Below the pieces are notes generated by a model that did no database searches, had not been told where the DNA came from, and saw nothing but the letters and a program-made list of their open reading frames with translations. Positions 39,081 to 43,959 of a DNA stretch of 43,959 nt are shown piece by piece (the stretch's first letter is position 1; each line of letters opens with the position of its first letter). The position numbers and the translations under genes were made by a program. The stretch covers positions 1 through 43,959 of the forward strand of contig JBKJLC010000225.1 of NCBI GenBank assembly GCA_046597055.1. Direction: 5' to 3'. This DNA is from Kofleriaceae bacterium. Its GTDB lineage: Bacteria > Myxococcota_A > Polyangia > Haliangiales > Haliangiaceae.

Positions 39081-40175
39081 ATGAAGGTCTTCGTGCTCGG
39101 ACGCAGCGGCTCGGGCAAGACCCCGATGGCCACGCAGCTGGCCAGTCGGGTCGGGCTGACCCACGTGCGGGCTTCGGCGTGGGCGCGCGCGACGTGTCCC
39201 GCGCTCGCGCCGCCACCCGACGCGAGCGCGCCGGCCCGGGCCGCGTTCGCCGCCGCGATCACCGGCTTCGCCGCGGACGCGCTGGTCCGCGATCCCTGGA
39301 TCTCGATCGATCACCTGACCGCGACCGCGGCGCTGGCCGGGCCGTGCGTGATCGAGGGCGTGCGCAACCCGCTCGACTTCGTGCACCTGTTCGATCCGCG
39401 GCAGGACGTCGTGATCTGGCTGGAGATCGAGGGCGCGCGGCCGGCGCCGACCGCCTTCGAGCGTGGCCTCGACGTGATCGCGGCCTACCTCGACTGGCAG
39501 CACGAGGCCGGCGTGCGCGACGAGGCGGCGGCGCCGTGCTGGCGCTACCACCTGCGCGGGTTTCGTCGCGACGATCCCGGCGCGGTGGCCGGGGCCACGC
39601 TCGACGACGCGATCGCGGACGCCGCGGCGCGCCTGGTCATGCGGCCCGCGGTGGTGGCGCCCGCGCGCGCGCACGCCCAGCGCGTCCACGCCGCGATCCC
39701 GCCCCTCGAGCTCGAGCTCCGCGACGAGTACTTGCACGGCATGGACCCGGCGCGGGTCGGCGGCTTCACCCGCGGCCGCGCGTTCGCGCTGACGAGCCAC
39801 CCGGGCGAGGCGCCCACCTTCCTCGTCCGGCTTCCGGACGGTTCGCTGTGCGCGGGGGTCCCGGTGGCGGCGCTGGTCGACCGCGCGCGGCCGGGCTGGG
39901 GCCAGGCCCCGACGCTCGCGCCGGCCGATCTGGTCGCGGCCGCGTGCCCCGACGAGCGGGTGGTCGTGCACCGGTTCGCGGCGCTGGCCGGCCGGGTGCG
40001 CGCGTACTTCGCGCGCCCCGACGCCTGGGTCGGCGGCGCGTACCAGCTCACCGTCGAGTGGTGCCGGGGCGACCTGGTGCTCCACGTGGTGGCGCTCGAC
40101 AACGGCCTGGTCGCGATGGTGCCGAGCCGCCGGCTGAAGTTCGGCGGCGTCCCCCAGCCCGAGGTCGCGGGGTAG
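39081..40175 (+). CDS. P-loop nucleotide-kinase-like domain fused to an uncharacterised C-terminal domain
   Basis: GAGGAGG RBS; GRSGSGKT, VIEGVRNP. Confidence 0.8.
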   Translation: MKVFVLGRSGSGKTPMATQLASRVGLTHVRASAWARATCPALAPPPDASAPARAAFAAAITGFAADALVRDPWISIDHLTATAALAGPCVIEGVRNPLDFVHLFDPRQDVVIWLEIEGARPAPTAFERGLDVIAAYLDWQHEAGVRDEAAAPCWRYHLRGFRRDDPGAVAGATLDDAIADAAARLVMRPAVVAPARAHAQRVHAAIPPLELELRDEYLHGMDPARVGGFTRGRAFALTSHPGEAPTFLVRLPDGSLCAGVPVAALVDRARPGWGQAPTLAPADLVAAACPDERVVVHRFAALAGRVRAYFARPDAWVGGAYQLTVEWCRGDLVLHVVALDNGLVAMVPSRRLKFGGVPQPEVAG

Positions 40176-40252
40176 CGCCCGCGGTGGGTGGGGACCGTCG
40201 CGGACCACGCGCCCGCGTTTCCTTTCGGCGGCGCGCACGCGATGCTGGTCGC

Positions 40253-41077
40253 GTGAGCGATTCCATCGACGTGCCCGGTGCCGACGACCACGCCTACGGG
40301 ACCGCCGCTCGCGAGGCGCCGGTCTCGCGCGCCGACTTCGAGCGCGCCCTGCGCCACCTCAACCTGAGCGACCTCGAGCTACGCGACGCGGTGCTGCAGC
40401 TCGGGGCCCGGGTGGTGGCGCTCACCGACGAGCTGACCCGCCGCCTCGACCAGGTCGAGCCCGAGCCGGCCCCGCCCGACACGCCGGCGCCGCCACCGGC
40501 TCACACCGTCGAGGTCACGGTGGCGTCCAACTTCGCCGCCACGCTCGCCCAGGTTCGCGCGGCCGACATCCAGGCGCCCGGACGGGTCTGGCTCGACGTC
40601 GGCGAGGACAAGTACCAGGTCGAGCCGTCGACGCCGCCGTGTGACGAGGTCCTGCACCTGTGCGAGGCGCGCTGCTGCACGTTCGACTTCGCGCTGTCGA
40701 CCGCCGACCTCGACGAGGGCGTGATCCGCTGGGACTACGGCCAGCCGTACCGGATTCGCCAGCGCGCCAGCGACGGCTACTGCGCGCACCACGATCCGAC
40801 CGGCCGTCGGTGCACCGTCCACGCCCACCGCCCGCGGGTCTGCCGTACCTACGACTGCCGCGACGATCCGCGGATCTGGATCGACTTCGCCCGGCGCATC
40901 CCGGCGCCGCCGGCCGCGGCCGCGATCCCCCCGGAGGCGCCCGCCGCGACCGGCTTCGATCTGATGAACCGCGTGCGCGCCCGTGCGCTGGCGATCAGCG
41001 GCGAGCGCGCTTCGATGGGCAACAGCTTCGCGGAGCCGGAGCCGCGGGTCGGTCCGCCGCCGCCGCGTCGGCCCTGA
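40253..41077 (+). CDS. YkgJ-family cysteine-cluster (CxxCxxCC-like) protein
   Basis: CDEVLHLCEARCC, DGYC, CTVHAHRPRVCRTYDCR. Confidence 0.85.
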   Translation: MSDSIDVPGADDHAYGTAAREAPVSRADFERALRHLNLSDLELRDAVLQLGARVVALTDELTRRLDQVEPEPAPPDTPAPPPAHTVEVTVASNFAATLAQVRAADIQAPGRVWLDVGEDKYQVEPSTPPCDEVLHLCEARCCTFDFALSTADLDEGVIRWDYGQPYRIRQRASDGYCAHHDPTGRRCTVHAHRPRVCRTYDCRDDPRIWIDFARRIPAPPAAAAIPPEAPAATGFDLMNRVRARALAISGERASMGNSFAEPEPRVGPPPPRRP

Positions 41078-41290
41078 CCGGAGCCGGCGGCGTGCCCGGG
41101 GCGACCGGTGCCGGCGAGGGCTCGCGGTCGCACCCGGCCGCCCGCGACACCGCAGCGAATGTGGGTCTGTTCCCGACCGCCCGCGCGCACGACCCAGCGT
41201 CGGGACTGCGGTCCCAGGCGACGGTGCCTCCAGTCCTCGCCGGTACGCTGGCTCGCAATGTTATCTGCGCGAGAAGACTGATCGCTCGCG

Positions 41291-41305
41291 GGTCCCGTGC
41301 TTGCA
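41291..41305 (+). promoter_or_regulatory. Possible sigma54 -24/-12 promoter
   Basis: GG-N10-GC with TTGCA, about 22 nt before ATG 41327; weak -24 match. Confidence 0.3.
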
Positions 41306-41326
41306 CGAGGCGAGGTTGCCCGCTCC

Positions 41327-42739
41327 ATGGTTCATCTCCGCCCGTCCTCGTCTCGTCGCGCGCTGCCATCGCTGGTCGCGCTGGTCGCGATCGGGGTGTC
41401 GGCGGGCGCAGCCGCGGTCGCCGAGGCCGGTCGGCCCCGAGTGAGCGTCATCGGCGACGACTGGATCTTGGTCGCCGCGGTCGAGCGGGCGCTGGCCGGT
41501 CGGGTCGAGCTGGTCGACGCACCGGTCGAGGTCGACGACGCGCATGGGATCGTCACCGGCGCGTACGCGCACCGGCTCGACGCGGTGGTCACGGTCGAGC
41601 AGCGCGAGGGCGCCGCGACCGCGGCGCTGGTGGCGGTACGCGACGGCGCCAGCGGCCGCATCCGCGGCACCCTGCAGGTCCGCGGGCGCGCGGGCGGCCT
41701 CGGGCCGCTGATCACGCGCCGGCTGTGGCCACGGCTGGGCCAGCCGATCCTCGGCGCGCAGCGACCGAGCCGGGCGCCCGACCCGTCGATGCGACGGGAG
41801 TCGGTCGCGACCGCGAGGGCGGCCCGGCCGGCGGCGCCGGAGATGACACCCGCGCCGCCGGTCAGCTGCGAGCGCGCCCCGTCCTGCGAGGCGAGCTACG
41901 AGGGCGAGGTCGTGATCGAGGTGATCTCGATCGACGATCCCGCGGACCGGGTCGCGGCCGCGGACCTGGTCGACGCGACCGAGGCCATCGACGCCTCCGA
42001 CGCGCCCGACGCGATCGACCCGGCCCCGCCGCGGTCACGCGCGCGGGGTCGGCGCGTGCCGCGCCTGGCGATCGCCCTGGCCGAGCGGCCGTTCTGGCGC
42101 CGGCTGCGCTACTTCGACGACCTCGACGACGCGCTGCGCGACCACGACCTGCTCGCCAGCGCGGTCGGCGTCAGCGTCCGCGCGCGGGTCGGCGCCGGGT
42201 TCGCGCTGGCGCTCGCCGGCGAGCGGACCGTCGGCGTCACCGGCACCGCGACCGAGGACGGCTCGATGTACGCGACCGCCGGGTCCGAGTGGTCGGCGGC
42301 GCTCGCCTGGGGCGTGCGCGGCGCGGCGGGCGCGGTCGGGCTCGAGGCCGGCTACGGCGAGCAGCGCTTCGCGATCGACGACGACGCGCGGCCGGCCGCG
42401 CTGGTGCCCGACGTTCACTACCGGTGGTGGCGGGCCGGCGTCACCGCCGAGCTCGCGCTGAGCAGGCGCTGGACCGCCGACGTCGGCGCCGGCTGGCGCC
42501 ACCTGGTCGACACCGGCGAGCTCCACGAGACCGGCTGGTTCCCGCGCGCGACCGGGGTCGGGATCGACGGCACCGCCGGCCTGACCTTTCACCACGGCCG
42601 GTTCGCCGGGTTCGTGCGCGGCGAGCTGCGCCGCTACGGCTTCGCGCTGCACGTGGGGCCCGACGACGCGGTGCGCGCCGGCGGGCTCAGCGACGAGTAC
42701 ATCGGTGGGGCGGTCGGCGTCGCGGTCGGGTTCCGCTGA
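41327..42739 (+). CDS. Exported protein with probable C-terminal outer-membrane beta-barrel
   Basis: Signal peptide; Pro/acidic linker; amphipathic strands ending VGVAVGFR. Confidence 0.75.
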   Translation: MVHLRPSSSRRALPSLVALVAIGVSAGAAAVAEAGRPRVSVIGDDWILVAAVERALAGRVELVDAPVEVDDAHGIVTGAYAHRLDAVVTVEQREGAATAALVAVRDGASGRIRGTLQVRGRAGGLGPLITRRLWPRLGQPILGAQRPSRAPDPSMRRESVATARAARPAAPEMTPAPPVSCERAPSCEASYEGEVVIEVISIDDPADRVAAADLVDATEAIDASDAPDAIDPAPPRSRARGRRVPRLAIALAERPFWRRLRYFDDLDDALRDHDLLASAVGVSVRARVGAGFALALAGERTVGVTGTATEDGSMYATAGSEWSAALAWGVRGAAGAVGLEAGYGEQRFAIDDDARPAALVPDVHYRWWRAGVTAELALSRRWTADVGAGWRHLVDTGELHETGWFPRATGVGIDGTAGLTFHHGRFAGFVRGELRRYGFALHVGPDDAVRAGGLSDEYIGGAVGVAVGFR

Positions 42740-42761
42740 TCTCGTCCGGCCGCCTCGTCTC

Positions 42762-42793
42762 GCTTGGCTTGGCCTGGCTTGGCTTGGCTTGGC
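42762..42793. repeat. Pentanucleotide tandem repeat (GCTTG)x~6
   Basis: gcttggcttggcctggcttggcttggcttggc. Confidence 0.8.
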
Positions 42794-42865
42794 ACAGCGC
42801 GCGGCGCAGCGCACCGTCACGGCTGGCGCTTGACGCGCCCCCGACGGCGGGCTCTCCTGCCGCGC

Positions 42866-43636
<771 letters not shown>

Positions 43637-43959
43637 CCCGCTCGCACTGAAGCTTCTGCGTGGCCGGTCGCAGTCACGTTGCCAGAGAGCGCGCCCACGT
43701 CAACTGGTGGATGGACACAGGACGCACGGTACGGGCTGTCGCACGAGCGGCATCTCCGTGCGAGCACGGGTCGTGTGTTCGAGACCGGCACGGAGGACGA
43801 GCCGAGGCGGGGACGAGGTCCCAGGCGCGCTCGTAATTTCCCCGGCCGGGTGGTGCATGCGTCGGCGAGTTGGGGCAATGGCACCGGCGTGCGTCACGCC
43901 CGGGGACCCCGGATCGAGCAAGCGCCGGGACCTCGGCTTCGCCGACGGCGAGGCCGGCC

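Noticed and set aside
43637..43959. ncRNA or CDS in the terminal 320 nt
   Set aside because: No recognisable RNA motif or convincing ORF; context is cut by the window edge

Overview
Very GC-rich, gene-dense bacterial chromosomal segment with about 41 CDS. A Myxococcota origin (Kofleriaceae/Haliangiales-like) is inferred from the Ser/Thr kinase-PEGA and TPR genes, PilZ-type proteins and 'DAA'-repeat Cys-rich lipoproteins. Recognisable genes include YfiR plus a hybrid histidine kinase, mpl-GNAT, suhB, mobA, dusB, YihY, CorA-like, a KAP NTPase, LysM-MepA, HIT, an OmpR-type two-component pair, egtB-egtD and an HSD10-type SDR. No rRNA, tRNA, CRISPR array or intact transposase was seen. Most notable observations: (1) dusB is followed by a degenerate sigma54-activator AAA+ domain fused to a strongly Fis-like C-terminus, resembling an NtrC-to-Fis intermediate; (2) an Mpl-GNAT fusion; (3) two more apparent pseudoenzymes, an exported M24 peptidase fold and a GAF-PtsP(N) protein; (4) pervasive TANNNT elements just upstream of start codons, plus two palindromic GTATAC divergent micro-promoters; (5) a frameshifted LanC-like remnant beside REP-like repeats; (6) a P-loop kinase fused to a phage-like domain; (7) a lipoprotein carrying a GspC-like PDZ domain. 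All assignments come from motif recognition by eye; no searches were run.
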